From: Parcubacteria group bacterium GW2011_GWF2_45_11
Lineage (GTDB): Bacteria; Patescibacteriota; Patescibacteriia; UBA1558; UBA10009
Assembly: GCA_001001205.1 (NCBI GenBank)
Contig: LCKE01000001.1
Coordinates: forward strand, 8,208 to 72,207
Length of the DNA: 64,000 nucleotides
Direction of reading: 5' to 3'
The notes beneath the pieces were generated by a model. The model worked only from the letters and a program-made list of their open reading frames with translations, did not search any database and was not told the DNA's origin. The position numbers and the translations under genes were made by a program. Shown piece by piece: positions 21,524 through 31,778 of the stretch (position 1 is its first letter; the number at the start of each line of letters is the position of its first letter).

Positions 21524-22891
21524 ATGAACCTAAAGGATTTTAAACATCAAACTATCCACCTGATCGGCTTATCCGGCGCTGAGGGTAGCAGTTTGGCGCT
21601 TTTTTTTATCAGGCAGGGGGTTAAAAACCTGATTGGCCATGACTTTTGCCGTCCGGGCGATTTTAGCAAAAATTATTTCAAATACCATCAATTCCAGAGC
21701 CGCGAAAAATCCCAGCAGCAAATTAAGCAAATTAAAGCGGCGTTCAAGATCAATTTTAAAAAATCGTATCTTCAAGGCCTGGGGCGGAACGATCTGATTT
21801 TCGCGCCTTCCTCGTGGTTTCGTTATGCGGAAAATAAAAAACTGGCGAAGCATCAATTTTTTAATTGGTATAACCTGGTCGGGGAGATATTTCGGGGAAA
21901 AATTATCGGGGTAACCGGCACCGCCGGCAAGGGCACCACCACGCATCTCATTACGCTGATGCTTAAAGCCGCCGGCAAAAAAGTCTATCTGGCCGGCGAT
22001 GCCTGGCAGATGATTGACCTTGGCAAAATTTCCAGCATGCCTAAAAATTCCTGGCTCGTGCTGGAGCTTTCAAACCGCACCCTGACCTTTGCCTCAAAGA
22101 CCCGTTTCAGTCCGCAGCTGGCCGTCATCACTAACATCAGTAAACACCATATTGACGATCACCATAACTCCTTTGGCGAGTATATAAAAACCAAAAAAGA
22201 AATCGCCCGCTATCAGACCAAGGTAGATTATTTTCTGTATAATTCCGCCGACGCGGAAGCCGGCAAGTTAAAACGTTACGGCCGGGCCAAACACCTGGCT
22301 TTTTCCCAAACGACAGCGAAAAAGTTATGGTTGAACAACCGTTTTCTGATCGGCCAGCATCTTAGGGCTGACGCCGCGGCCGCCATTAAAGTCGCCAAAA
22401 TTTTAAAAATACGAGATGTTCAGATAAAAAAAGCTTTGGCGACCTTCCGTCCGCGTTCAGGCCGGATGGAACCGGTAGGCGCCTTAAACGGCATTTTTTT
22501 TGTAAATGACGGTGCTTCCACCCGGCCATCAGCCAGTGCGGCCGCCATTGGCGCCTTTTCCAAAAATAAAGTGCATTTGCTGCTGGAAGGCTCCCGCAAA
22601 AAGCCGCACCGATCTTATTATCTTGACCTGCTAAAAATCATCAGGGATTGCCGGGTAAAAAACGTTTTCATCAGCGGGTCAATCACCGGTTTTCTCCTGC
22701 CTTTGCTTAAAAAAACCGGTGTGCCGGCCTTTGCCTCAAACGGCTTGGCGGAATCCGTCTGTCGGGCCTATCGGTCGGCCAAAAGCGGGGAGATTATTCT
22801 GCTTTCCCCGGCTAATGAAAGCTTTGGCCAGTTTAGTGATTATCGCGAACGCGTCGCCTTGTTTAACGCCACCGTTAAAAAATTAAAATGA
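21524..22891 (+). CDS. murD: UDP-MurNAc-L-Ala--D-Glu ligase-like (divergent MurD)
   Basis: GVTGTAGKGTT and LLSPANESFGQF. Lies between mraY and ftsW. Confidence 0.8.
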   Translation: MNLKDFKHQTIHLIGLSGAEGSSLALFFIRQGVKNLIGHDFCRPGDFSKNYFKYHQFQSREKSQQQIKQIKAAFKINFKKSYLQGLGRNDLIFAPSSWFRYAENKKLAKHQFFNWYNLVGEIFRGKIIGVTGTAGKGTTTHLITLMLKAAGKKVYLAGDAWQMIDLGKISSMPKNSWLVLELSNRTLTFASKTRFSPQLAVITNISKHHIDDHHNSFGEYIKTKKEIARYQTKVDYFLYNSADAEAGKLKRYGRAKHLAFSQTTAKKLWLNNRFLIGQHLRADAAAAIKVAKILKIRDVQIKKALATFRPRSGRMEPVGALNGIFFVNDGASTRPSASAAAIGAFSKNKVHLLLEGSRKKPHRSYYLDLLKIIRDCRVKNVFISGSITGFLLPLLKKTGVPAFASNGLAESVCRAYRSAKSGEIILLSPANESFGQFSDYRERVALFNATVKKLK

Positions 22892-24051
22892 AACATGACA
22901 GCTGGAAGCAAAAAATCCAAAAACTGCTGTATTATCCCTTTGTCCATCTTAGGTATCAGCACCGTCCAGATTTTATTTTTATCATCGCGCTAGGCATCAT
23001 CTGTTTTTTGGGCCTGCTGATGCTGTCTTCGGCCAGTTCGGTCCAGGCTTTCCAAAAATTCGGGGACAGCTATTATTTTTTAAAACATCAGCTGGTCAGA
23101 GGCTTTATTCTCGGCTTGATTTTCTTTTTTATTTTTTCACGGATTGATTATCACCAATGGAAAAAGTGGGCCTTTTGGATGTTGCTTGGTACCATGGTCT
23201 TGCTCATCCTGGTTTTTATTCCCGGCATTGGCGAAGACTACGGTAAGGCTCATAGCTGGATTGTTTTAGGCACTATAAGTTTCCAGCCGACGGAAATCGT
23301 TAAACTAACATTTTTGGTCTATCTAGTCACCTGGCTCTCTAAAAAAACCGAGCAGGAAATAGGGGATTTTGAATACAGCTTTTTGCCCTTTCTGTTTATG
23401 ATGGGCGTGATTGTTTTCTTAATTTTAGCCCAGCCGGATCTTGGCACGCTCATAGTTATCATCGCCATTGCTTTCTTGGTTTATTTTGCGGCCGGCGCGC
23501 CCTGGAATCATATTTTAGGTCTGATCGCCGGCGGGTTGATTATTCTTTTTATTGCCGTGCAGGTAGCGCCTTACCGCTTGGAGCGCTTGACCGCCTTTTT
23601 TAACCCGGGTATTGATCCTCAAGGTACCAGCTATCACATTACCCAAGCCAAGATCGCCATCGGTTCCGGCGGCATTTTGGGCCTGGGTATCGGCAAGTCC
23701 AGGCAAAAATTCAATTACTTGCCCGAAGTTGCCGGTGATTCTATTTTTGCCGTCATTGCCGAAGAAATGGGTTTTATCTTCGCAGTTTTATTACTGGCGC
23801 TTTTTGTGACTCTGCTGATACGCGGCCTTAAAATCGCCAAAAACGCACCCGACAGTTTTGGCCGGCTGCTGGGGGTGGGCATTATCAGCTGGTTTTCTTT
23901 TCAGGCTTTTATTAATATTGCCGCCATGGTCAATATTGTGCCTTTAACGGGGATTCCTTTGCCCTTTATCAGCTACGGCGGCACCGCCATGACTGTTTCT
24001 TTGCTGACTGCCGGCATTTTGGTAAATATTTCCAAACAAACCAAGCTTTAA
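22888..24051 (+). CDS. ftsW: SEDS peptidoglycan glycosyltransferase FtsW
   Basis: Motifs FQPTEIVK, QPDLGT, LPEVAGDSIF, LPFISYGG. Confidence 0.93.
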   Translation: MKHDSWKQKIQKLLYYPFVHLRYQHRPDFIFIIALGIICFLGLLMLSSASSVQAFQKFGDSYYFLKHQLVRGFILGLIFFFIFSRIDYHQWKKWAFWMLLGTMVLLILVFIPGIGEDYGKAHSWIVLGTISFQPTEIVKLTFLVYLVTWLSKKTEQEIGDFEYSFLPFLFMMGVIVFLILAQPDLGTLIVIIAIAFLVYFAAGAPWNHILGLIAGGLIILFIAVQVAPYRLERLTAFFNPGIDPQGTSYHITQAKIAIGSGGILGLGIGKSRQKFNYLPEVAGDSIFAVIAEEMGFIFAVLLLALFVTLLIRGLKIAKNAPDSFGRLLGVGIISWFSFQAFINIAAMVNIVPLTGIPLPFISYGGTAMTVSLLTAGILVNISKQTKL

Positions 24052-24134
24052 TTTTCAGAAATACTGAAAAAATCGGCCGAAGCCTTAATAAATCCGGCTT
24101 GATTTTTGCCCTCTTTTGGGCTACGCTTTAAAAT

Positions 24135-25169
24135 ATGAAATTAATTCTAACCGGCGGCGGCACCTTAGGCTCTGTCAGCCCTTTAATCGGCGTCTGGCAG
24201 GAACTTAAGCGCCAGACTGAGGTGGAAACGCTGTTTGTCGGCGGCAAAAAAGGGCCTGAGGCCGGCTTAATCAAAAGTTACGGCTTTAGTTTTAAAACGA
24301 TTAGCGCCGGCAAATTACGGCGCTATTTTAGCTTGAAAAATTTTTCTGATATCTGCCTGTTTGTTTTAGGTTTTTTTCAGTCGGTTAAAATTCTTAAAGA
24401 GTTCAGGCCGGAGATAATTATTTCCGCCGGCAGTTACGTGGCCGTGCCTTTAATCTGGGCCAGTTGTTTTTTTAAAACGAAAGTTGTAATTTACCAGCCG
24501 GACTTAAAAGTCGGCCTAGCCAACCGCCTGAGTAAAAAGCTGGCCGCCTGGATCTTTGTTTCTTTCCCGGAAACGGCCAAGCATTTTCCCCCAAAAAAAA
24601 CCGCCGTTGTCGGAACCGTCTTAAGGCAGGAAATCGGCCAGCCGTTTGTTCAGCCCGCAAATAAGCGCCCGTTGCTTTTATTTTTAGGCGGCGGCACGGG
24701 TTCCGCCACCATCAACCGCCTGGCCGCCCAAGCTTTGCCCGGTCTTAAGGATTATGATATCTTTCATCTTACCGGCCAGAACAAAAACCAGCCGGCCGGG
24801 GGCATAAACTACGGCTCGGCGGAATTTTTAGCGTCCGGGTATGAGCAAAAACTTTTACAAGCCGACCTGGTTATCAGCCGCGCCGGCTTTTCAACCTTAA
24901 TGGAGCTGTCGTTTCTGGCCAAGCCGGCCGTTTTGATTCCATTGCCCAATTCGCCTCAGGAACAAAACGCCGAATATTTTTGCCGTCGGCAGGCTGCAGT
25001 TTGCCTGGAACAAAAAAGCCTGACCGTTGCCAAGCTTATTGAAACGATCGGCTCGGCACTTGAACAAAGCCGGTCTTTGAGCAAAAACATCCATAAAATT
25101 TTTTCGCATGACGGCGCGCATTTAATCAGTCAAAAAATATTAACACTCAATAATCATGAATCTAAATAA
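24135..25169 (+). CDS. murG: Lipid I N-acetylglucosamine transferase
   Basis: Motifs TGGGTLG, GKLRRY, SRAGFST, QEQNA. Confidence 0.92.
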   Translation: MKLILTGGGTLGSVSPLIGVWQELKRQTEVETLFVGGKKGPEAGLIKSYGFSFKTISAGKLRRYFSLKNFSDICLFVLGFFQSVKILKEFRPEIIISAGSYVAVPLIWASCFFKTKVVIYQPDLKVGLANRLSKKLAAWIFVSFPETAKHFPPKKTAVVGTVLRQEIGQPFVQPANKRPLLLFLGGGTGSATINRLAAQALPGLKDYDIFHLTGQNKNQPAGGINYGSAEFLASGYEQKLLQADLVISRAGFSTLMELSFLAKPAVLIPLPNSPQEQNAEYFCRRQAAVCLEQKSLTVAKLIETIGSALEQSRSLSKNIHKIFSHDGAHLISQKILTLNNHESK

Positions 25170-26523
25170 TCTCAAAAAAATTCACCTAATCGGCTGTGGC
25201 GGTAGCGGCGTTTCGGCCGTGGCCAGAATGATGCTTAAACTGGGCAGGCAAGTCAGCGGTTCCGATCTTTTTCGCTCAGACATCACCGATAGCCTCCAAG
25301 CCCTAGGCGCCGATATTGTGATCGGCCACGACGTCAATAAACTGTCGCCCAAGACAGACTTGGTTATTTATTCCGCCGCCGTGCCGCCAGACGATCAGGA
25401 ACTGAGCCAGGCCAAAAAACTTGACCTGGAAATATTAAGCTACGCTGAATTTTTAGGACTGTTGTCCACCGGTAAAAAAACCATCGCGGTTTGCGGCACT
25501 AACGGCAAAACCACCACTTCGGCCATGTGCGGAAAAATTTTAGCCGAGCTTGGACTAGATCCCACGGTCATCATCGGCTCGGAGCTTAAAAATTTTCAGG
25601 GCAATTACCGCGCCGGACAATCTAAATATTTTGTTTTAGAAGCCGACGAATACAAGGCCAATATGCTTAAAATCAAGCCCTGGTCCATCCTCTTGACCAG
25701 CATTGAAGAAGATCATCTTGATTTTTACCAAAACTTAAGCGACATTATCAGGCATTTTCAGCTATTTGTTGACCAGCTACCCGCGGACGGCTGGATGTTT
25801 TACAATGCCGATGACCGCAATATCATCAAGTTAAAACTGCCGGCCAGGGCGTTAAGTTGTAGCCTGCGCCGTCCGGCTGATTATTGGCTGAAATGCTTCC
25901 AAAAAAATCCCGGCTGTTACCGCTTTACAGCCATGCATCTTTCGGAAAACCTGGGGCAGTTTACCGTAACCATTCCGGGCGAGTATAACGTTTTAAACGC
26001 CCTGCTGGTTATCGCTTTATGCCATAAACTAAAACTTGATTTGAACAAGGCGAGGCGGGCGGTGGAAAATTTCGGGGGACTGAGACGGCGTTTTGAGGTG
26101 CTAGGGCCGATGAAACAGGCGCAAGACGTTTTAGTCGCCTCCGATTACACCCATCATCCCTCGGCCATCGCTAAAACCTTGCAAGCCGCCAAGGATTTTT
26201 ATCCGAACCGCCGTTTATTCCTTGTTTATCAGCCTCATCAGCACGACCGCACCAAAAAATTGTTTGAACAGTTTTTAACTTGTTTTGTCAAAGCGGACCT
26301 TACCATTCTTCAGGAAATTTATGACGTACCCGGCCGCCAATACGCCGAAGACAAAACCGTCTCGTCAAAAAATCTGGTTGAGGCGATCAATCAGCCAAAC
26401 ATGATTTATTCGCCGGATGCTGTTGCGAGCAAAAAATTAATTTTAAATCACCTAAAGCCCCAAGACCTGCTTCTAATTATGGGCGCGGGGGATATTGACC
26501 GGCTGGCGCGTGAGCTGGTTTAA
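25156..26523 (+). CDS. murC: UDP-N-acetylmuramate--L-alanine ligase
   Basis: Motifs IGCGGSGVSAVA, GTNGKTTT, EADE, DYTHHP, GAGDI. Confidence 0.95.
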   Translation: MNLNNLKKIHLIGCGGSGVSAVARMMLKLGRQVSGSDLFRSDITDSLQALGADIVIGHDVNKLSPKTDLVIYSAAVPPDDQELSQAKKLDLEILSYAEFLGLLSTGKKTIAVCGTNGKTTTSAMCGKILAELGLDPTVIIGSELKNFQGNYRAGQSKYFVLEADEYKANMLKIKPWSILLTSIEEDHLDFYQNLSDIIRHFQLFVDQLPADGWMFYNADDRNIIKLKLPARALSCSLRRPADYWLKCFQKNPGCYRFTAMHLSENLGQFTVTIPGEYNVLNALLVIALCHKLKLDLNKARRAVENFGGLRRRFEVLGPMKQAQDVLVASDYTHHPSAIAKTLQAAKDFYPNRRLFLVYQPHQHDRTKKLFEQFLTCFVKADLTILQEIYDVPGRQYAEDKTVSSKNLVEAINQPNMIYSPDAVASKKLILNHLKPQDLLLIMGAGDIDRLARELV

Positions 26524-26558
26524 ATAAAATTGGGCCTAAGCTACCTAAAAATTTTTAC

Positions 26559-27539
26559 ATGGATCGTGCCTACAAACAACTGAAAAAAATCAGCGGACTG
26601 AGCGTTAGCCAAAACGAACCGCTGAAAGACCACACCACTTTTCAAATCGGCGGGCCGGCGTCCCTTTATCTTGAAGTGCGTGAGCCTCAGGCCTTACCCG
26701 AGGTGCTTAAAATTTTAAGGACGGAAAAAATCAATTACCTCATACTCGGGGGCGGTAGCAACCTCTTAGTCAGCGATCAGGGTTTTAAAGGCGCGGTCAT
26801 AAAAAAATTTCCCCGGCCCTTAAGCATCAGTGGAACCGCCGTGACCGTTGATGCCAGCTACAGCCTGGCCGGCTTGATTATGGCAACGTTGGACAGTCGC
26901 CTGACCGGCCTGGAGTTCGCCGCCGGCGTACCGGGCACGGTCGGCGGAGCCATCAAGGGCAATGCCGGCACTTACGGTGAGGCCATGGATAAAGTGGTCA
27001 AAACAGTCAGTTACATCAACAGCGATTTGCAGCCGGCCATTTTGGAAAATTCCGGCTGTTGCTTTGCCTACCGCCACAGCATTTTTAAAGAGCACGACAA
27101 CTGGCTGATCACGGACAGCGTGATCAAGCTGGAACAGGGAAATATAGAGGCCAGCCGGCGCCTGATTGAAGAACGAATCGGCTACCGTATGCGCACCCAG
27201 CCTTATGGCAAACCTTCGGCCGGCTGCACCTTTAAAAATATTATTTATACCGAAAGCCTGGCCGCCAAATTAAAAAACCTGGGCTGGGAACTGCCGGAAA
27301 AATTCAAAAAGTATAAAAAAATACCAGCCGCCTGGCTGATAGAAAACTTAGATCTTAAGGGCCGGGCCATCGGCCAGGCCAAAATCGCCGACGAACACGC
27401 CAATTACATCATTAATCTGGGCGGGGCCACCGCCGATCAGGTGGTTCAGCTGATTAGCCTGATTAAAATGAAAGTCCGCGATGAACTGGGTATCCAGTTG
27501 GAAGAGGAAATCCGCTACCTCGGCTTTGAACCTTCTTAA
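26559..27539 (+). CDS. murB: UDP-N-acetylenolpyruvoylglucosamine reductase
   Basis: Motifs GGGSNLL, PGTVGGAIKGNAG, SAGCTFKN, HANYIIN. Confidence 0.96.
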   Translation: MDRAYKQLKKISGLSVSQNEPLKDHTTFQIGGPASLYLEVREPQALPEVLKILRTEKINYLILGGGSNLLVSDQGFKGAVIKKFPRPLSISGTAVTVDASYSLAGLIMATLDSRLTGLEFAAGVPGTVGGAIKGNAGTYGEAMDKVVKTVSYINSDLQPAILENSGCCFAYRHSIFKEHDNWLITDSVIKLEQGNIEASRRLIEERIGYRMRTQPYGKPSAGCTFKNIIYTESLAAKLKNLGWELPEKFKKYKKIPAAWLIENLDLKGRAIGQAKIADEHANYIINLGGATADQVVQLISLIKMKVRDELGIQLEEEIRYLGFEPS

Positions 27540-27557
27540 AATTCAGTCTTGGCCTCG

Positions 27558-28550
27558 TCAAATATCCTCAAATAAAGGGGAAGTTGAACCGCCGGTGACT
27601 AAAAGCTCTACCACTTCGGCCACGTTTTTAGAAACATCCACCACTTTAAAACCCGGCAAATCCAGATATTTTTGCTCAATCAGATTTGAATTGGTGGTGA
27701 TAAACTCTGTTAATGTGCCTTGGGTGAGCATATCTGCCAGCGCGGTATAAGCGTTGCTGGTCGGATCAAAATGAGCGGCAAAAGCGTAGATTTTTTCAGC
27801 GCCGCGATTTTTTAAGGCTTCGGCCGATTTTTTTAAAGTCGCCAGACTTAAGGCCATATCGTCAAACAGACCTATTTTTTTGCCGATCACTTCGCCTTCC
27901 AGCCGATGACGGCTGATTTGGCTGTCGGTTGAATTATGATTGTGATCCTTAAAAGCGACAATGATCGGCAGGCGCTTGTTAAAAAAACTCTCCACTTTAA
28001 ACGCCCTCCTGGTTGAGCTGTAATCGGTGGCGGCAATCTGATCAATGCCTATTTTTTTGGCTTCTTCAATCAAGAGGCGTAAAAAATAAAAACGGCGGCG
28101 GCGCCTGGGATAAAAAAGTTCCAAATGGCTGGATTGGTGCGGATCAAAAATATTGACTGATTTAGGGCGCATCTGGGCGATGCGGCGGCTGATCCAGGCG
28201 GCTGTAGATACCTGGCCGGCGGAATGGGCGACATCGTCTTTGCCGCAAAGCCAGGTGACAATAATGTGAATTTCCGAAGCTGAGCCGCAGGCGTCAAACA
28301 TCAGTTCCAATTCTTCAACCGGCGAACCGATTTGCCGGTATTGCAGGCTGGTGATGATGACCACTTTTTTGTGGGCAAAATTTACATCCTCGGGCCGCTT
28401 GCAATGGGGGTAGCCGTTGCCCCAGTTATCCGTTTCCAAAATCACCGGTTCCACGCCCAGATGGGCGGCGACTTTTTTTACCAGCGGCTGGTTGTAACTG
28501 CCGGTAACCACGGCAAAATCGCCGGGATTGAGCGCATGCTCATTGATCAT
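27558..28550 (-). CDS. Ribose-phosphate pyrophosphokinase-like protein (divergent)
   Basis: PRS length and layout, with PRT loop GLFDDMALSLAT and ITTNS. Catalytic motifs are substituted. Confidence 0.7.
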   Translation of the reverse strand: MINEHALNPGDFAVVTGSYNQPLVKKVAAHLGVEPVILETDNWGNGYPHCKRPEDVNFAHKKVVIITSLQYRQIGSPVEELELMFDACGSASEIHIIVTWLCGKDDVAHSAGQVSTAAWISRRIAQMRPKSVNIFDPHQSSHLELFYPRRRRRFYFLRLLIEEAKKIGIDQIAATDYSSTRRAFKVESFFNKRLPIIVAFKDHNHNSTDSQISRHRLEGEVIGKKIGLFDDMALSLATLKKSAEALKNRGAEKIYAFAAHFDPTSNAYTALADMLTQGTLTEFITTNSNLIEQKYLDLPGFKVVDVSKNVAEVVELLVTGGSTSPLFEDI

Positions 28551-28597
28551 ATAGATTATTTTTTAATGACTTGCCTATACTCTAGCAAAATTTGTGA

Positions 28598-28663
28598 AAA
28601 AATTCAAAGCCAAAAATTCAAAGCAAAAATTCAAAGCCAAAAATTCAAAGCCAATTCAAAGCC
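28598..28663. repeat. Tandem repeat of AAAAATTCAAAGCC, about 5 copies
   Basis: Core AATTCAAAGC at 28601, 28615, 28628, 28642 and 28653. Confidence 0.92.
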
Positions 28664-28664
28664 A

Positions 28665-28693
28665 TTGCCAAACACCGCAAACTCTGGTATTAT
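28665..28693 (+). promoter_or_regulatory. secA promoter
   Basis: TTGCCA-N17-TATTAT with a TG extension. Confidence 0.55.
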
Positions 28694-28716
28694 GGACAGG
28701 CAAAAACCGCAAAAAT

Positions 28717-31524
28717 ATGAATCTTTTGAACAAAATTTTCGGCGACGGCAACGAAAAATATTTAAAAAGCCTGCAGCCGCCAATTGAAAAAATTAACACT
28801 CTGGAAAAATCATACGCTGATTTATCTCAGGCGGATTTAAAAGCCAAGGCTAAAGACTTAAAGCGTGTTGTCGCCGGTGGAAAAGCCTTGGACGATATTT
28901 TACCCGAAGCTTTCGCCCTGGTCAGGGAAGCGGCCAAGCGTACCCTTAACCAAAAGCATTACGATGTCCAGCTGATTGGCGGCTTGGTTTTGCATCAGGG
29001 CGGCATTGCGGAGATGAAAACCGGGGAAGGCAAAACGTTGGTGGCCACCCTGCCGGCGTTTCTTAACGCCCTCGCCGGCAAAGGCGTTCATGTTATTACC
29101 GTTAACGATTATCTGTCACGGCGCGACATGGTCTGGATGGGTCAAATTTACAACTATTTAGGCCTGTCCGTCAGCTGTCTGCAACACGACAGCGCTTTTT
29201 TGTATGACGAAACATTCGCCGCCGATCAAAAAAGCGAAGAAGAGCGCGATCGCGGCGTGGTGGTGCCGGAAAAATTTTTAAAGCCGGCTAGCCGTAAGGA
29301 GGCTTATTTGGCCGATATTACTTACGGCACCAACAACGAATTCGGTTTTGATTACTTAAGGGACAATATGGTCCAGCAGGCCTCCGGCATGGTCCAACGC
29401 GGGCTTAATTACGCCATTATTGACGAAGTTGATTCCATTTTAATAGACGAAGCCCGCACCCCTCTGATTATTTCGGCGCCGGCCGAAGAGTCAACGGATA
29501 AGTACTATCAGTTTGCCAAGCTGGTCAGGATTTTAAATGAAACCGCAGATTACAATATTGACGAAAAGTTGCGGGCCTGTAGCTTAACCGAAGAGGGAAT
29601 TACCAAAATAGAAAAATCTTTGGGCGTGGAAAACATTTACGAATCCCACGGCTTAAGCATTGTCCATCATCTGGAAGAAGCCCTGAAAGCGGAAACTATT
29701 TTTAAGCGCGACCGCGATTACGTGGTCAAGGACGGCGAGGTCATTATCGTGGACGAATTCACCGGCCGCTTAATGTTCGGCCGGCGCTATTCCGGCGGCC
29801 TGCATCAGGCAATTGAAGCCAAAGAAGGGGTTAAAATCCAGCGCGAAAGCGTGACCATGGCCACGATTACTTTTCAAAACTATTTTAGAATGTACCCCAA
29901 GCTGGCAGGCATGACCGGCACGGCCGCCACTGAAGCGGAAGAGTTCGCTAAAATTTACAATCTGGACGTCACGGTCATCCCCACCAACAAGCCGATGATC
30001 AGAAAGGATTCAAACGATCGCATTTATAAAAACGAGGCGGGCAAATTTACCGCCGCGGTCAAGGAAATTAAAGAGCGGAACCAAAAAGGCCAGCCGGTTT
30101 TAATCGGCACCATTTCCATAGAAAAAAACGAGCTGCTTTCTCAATTTCTGAGCCGCGAGGGCATCAGGCATGAACTGTTGAACGCCAAAAACCATGCCCG
30201 TGAAGCGGAAATTTTGGCCCAAGCCGGGCGCCCGGGCGCCGTTACTCTGGCCACCAACATGGCCGGGCGCGGCGTGGACATAATTTTAGGCGGCAATCCG
30301 GTTAATCAGGCCGAGCAACAAAAAGTGATCGCGGCCGGAGGTTTGCACGTTATCGGCACCGAACGCCACGAATCCAGAAGAATAGATAACCAGTTAAGGG
30401 GGCGTTCCGGCCGGCAGGGGGATCCCGGCTCCAGCCAATTTTTTGTCTGCTTAGACGATGATCTCATGAGAATTTTTGGCTCCGACCGAATGAAAAGCCT
30501 GATGAACACCCTCAAAGTTCCGGAAGACCTGCCCATTGAAAACCGGCTGATTTCCAAATCCATTGAGTCAGCGCAAAAGCGAGTGGAAGGCAACAACTTT
30601 GACATCAGAAAACACCTGGTGGAATATGATGACGTTTTAAACAAGCAAAGAACCGCCATTTACAGGAAACGGCGACTGATTCTTGATCTGGCGGAGGGTC
30701 AACATAAACTAAACGCCAACCAGCAACCAGCTGTGCCAAAAAATGTTCTGGAGGCAGACGCTAAAACAGAACAGAACGAGCCGGCCAAATACCGCGACAC
30801 CCGCGAAATTGTCTTAGATTATGTCAACCGCGAAATTGAACAGATTGTTGACGTTCACTTAGCCGAAAACAGCGAAAGTCCTGAAAAAATTTTTGAAAGC
30901 CTGGAGACGATTTGCCCATTCAATCAGCCGGAAAAAGATTTAATCGGCAAAAGCCTGGCTAAAAATCCGGCGGCGGTTGTCAATCAAATACAGGATTTAG
31001 CCAAAGAAAAATATGTACAAATGGAAGAGTCCATTAGCCATCTGCCCCAGCTGGTGAAGCAAAAAGAACCATTAAGGCAACTGGAAAAATATCTTTTACT
31101 CAGAACAATAGATTCCTTATGGATTGAGCATCTGGAAGCGATTGAGCATTTAAGAACTGGCATCGGCTTAAGGGGCTATGGCCAGCGCGAGCCTTTGATT
31201 GAATATAAAAAAGAATCGTTTCTTTTGTTTCAGCAGCTCTTAAGCCTGATTCAGGAACAGGTGGCACGCTCCATTTTTAAGATGGGTTTGGCGGCCACCG
31301 TGCCGCTGGCTAACCAGCCGCGGGGAATTCAACAGATAAAATCCAGCCTCAGCCAATTTAACCGTCCGGCCGAAAAAAATCAGGCAGACAACTCGGCTCA
31401 AGGGGTCAGCGGCAAAATTAAAGATGTCAGCGGCCATAAAATCGGGCGCAACGATCCCTGCCCGTGCGGCGCGACCAAGGCGGACGGAAGCCCGGTTAAA
31501 TACAAGCATTGCCACGGCCAGTAA
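28717..31524 (+). CDS. secA: Preprotein translocase ATPase SecA
   Basis: Motifs MKTGEGKT, DEVDSILIDEARTPLIIS, NMAGRG, and a C-terminal SEC-C motif GRNDPCPCG. Start moved to ATG 28717. Confidence 0.98.
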   Translation: MNLLNKIFGDGNEKYLKSLQPPIEKINTLEKSYADLSQADLKAKAKDLKRVVAGGKALDDILPEAFALVREAAKRTLNQKHYDVQLIGGLVLHQGGIAEMKTGEGKTLVATLPAFLNALAGKGVHVITVNDYLSRRDMVWMGQIYNYLGLSVSCLQHDSAFLYDETFAADQKSEEERDRGVVVPEKFLKPASRKEAYLADITYGTNNEFGFDYLRDNMVQQASGMVQRGLNYAIIDEVDSILIDEARTPLIISAPAEESTDKYYQFAKLVRILNETADYNIDEKLRACSLTEEGITKIEKSLGVENIYESHGLSIVHHLEEALKAETIFKRDRDYVVKDGEVIIVDEFTGRLMFGRRYSGGLHQAIEAKEGVKIQRESVTMATITFQNYFRMYPKLAGMTGTAATEAEEFAKIYNLDVTVIPTNKPMIRKDSNDRIYKNEAGKFTAAVKEIKERNQKGQPVLIGTISIEKNELLSQFLSREGIRHELLNAKNHAREAEILAQAGRPGAVTLATNMAGRGVDIILGGNPVNQAEQQKVIAAGGLHVIGTERHESRRIDNQLRGRSGRQGDPGSSQFFVCLDDDLMRIFGSDRMKSLMNTLKVPEDLPIENRLISKSIESAQKRVEGNNFDIRKHLVEYDDVLNKQRTAIYRKRRLILDLAEGQHKLNANQQPAVPKNVLEADAKTEQNEPAKYRDTREIVLDYVNREIEQIVDVHLAENSESPEKIFESLETICPFNQPEKDLIGKSLAKNPAAVVNQIQDLAKEKYVQMEESISHLPQLVKQKEPLRQLEKYLLLRTIDSLWIEHLEAIEHLRTGIGLRGYGQREPLIEYKKESFLLFQQLLSLIQEQVARSIFKMGLAATVPLANQPRGIQQIKSSLSQFNRPAEKNQADNSAQGVSGKIKDVSGHKIGRNDPCPCGATKADGSPVKYKHCHGQ

Positions 31525-31546
31525 TTTTTTATCGTCTTTTAGACTT

Positions 31547-31768
31547 ATGGACAATAATCGCTTAAAACTTGGCCGATACCGGCATTACAAAGGCCAAGAC
31601 TACAAAGTCATCGGCCTGGCCAGGCACAGCGAAACTCTGGAACAATTGGTGATTTACCAGGCGCTGTACGCCGATCAAGGCTTATGGGTCAGGCCGCTTA
31701 AAATGTTCAAGGAAAAAGTGGAAGTTGACGGTAAAAAAATTCCCCGCTTCAACTACCTGGGCAACTAA
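31547..31768 (+). CDS. DUF1653-family small protein
   Basis: GRYRHYKG...ARHSETLEQLVIYQALY...WVRPLKMF. Confidence 0.88.
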   Translation: MDNNRLKLGRYRHYKGQDYKVIGLARHSETLEQLVIYQALYADQGLWVRPLKMFKEKVEVDGKKIPRFNYLGN

Positions 31769-31778
31769 ATCGGACATT

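Noticed and set aside
28598-28663. CRISPR-like array (also considered at 60010-60092)
   Set aside because: Units are 11-26 bp and adjacent, with no unique spacers and no cas genes.
28594-28716. N-terminal extension of SecA (KFKAKNSK repeats)
   Set aside because: It translates the tandem repeat and promoter. The real start is ATG 28717.
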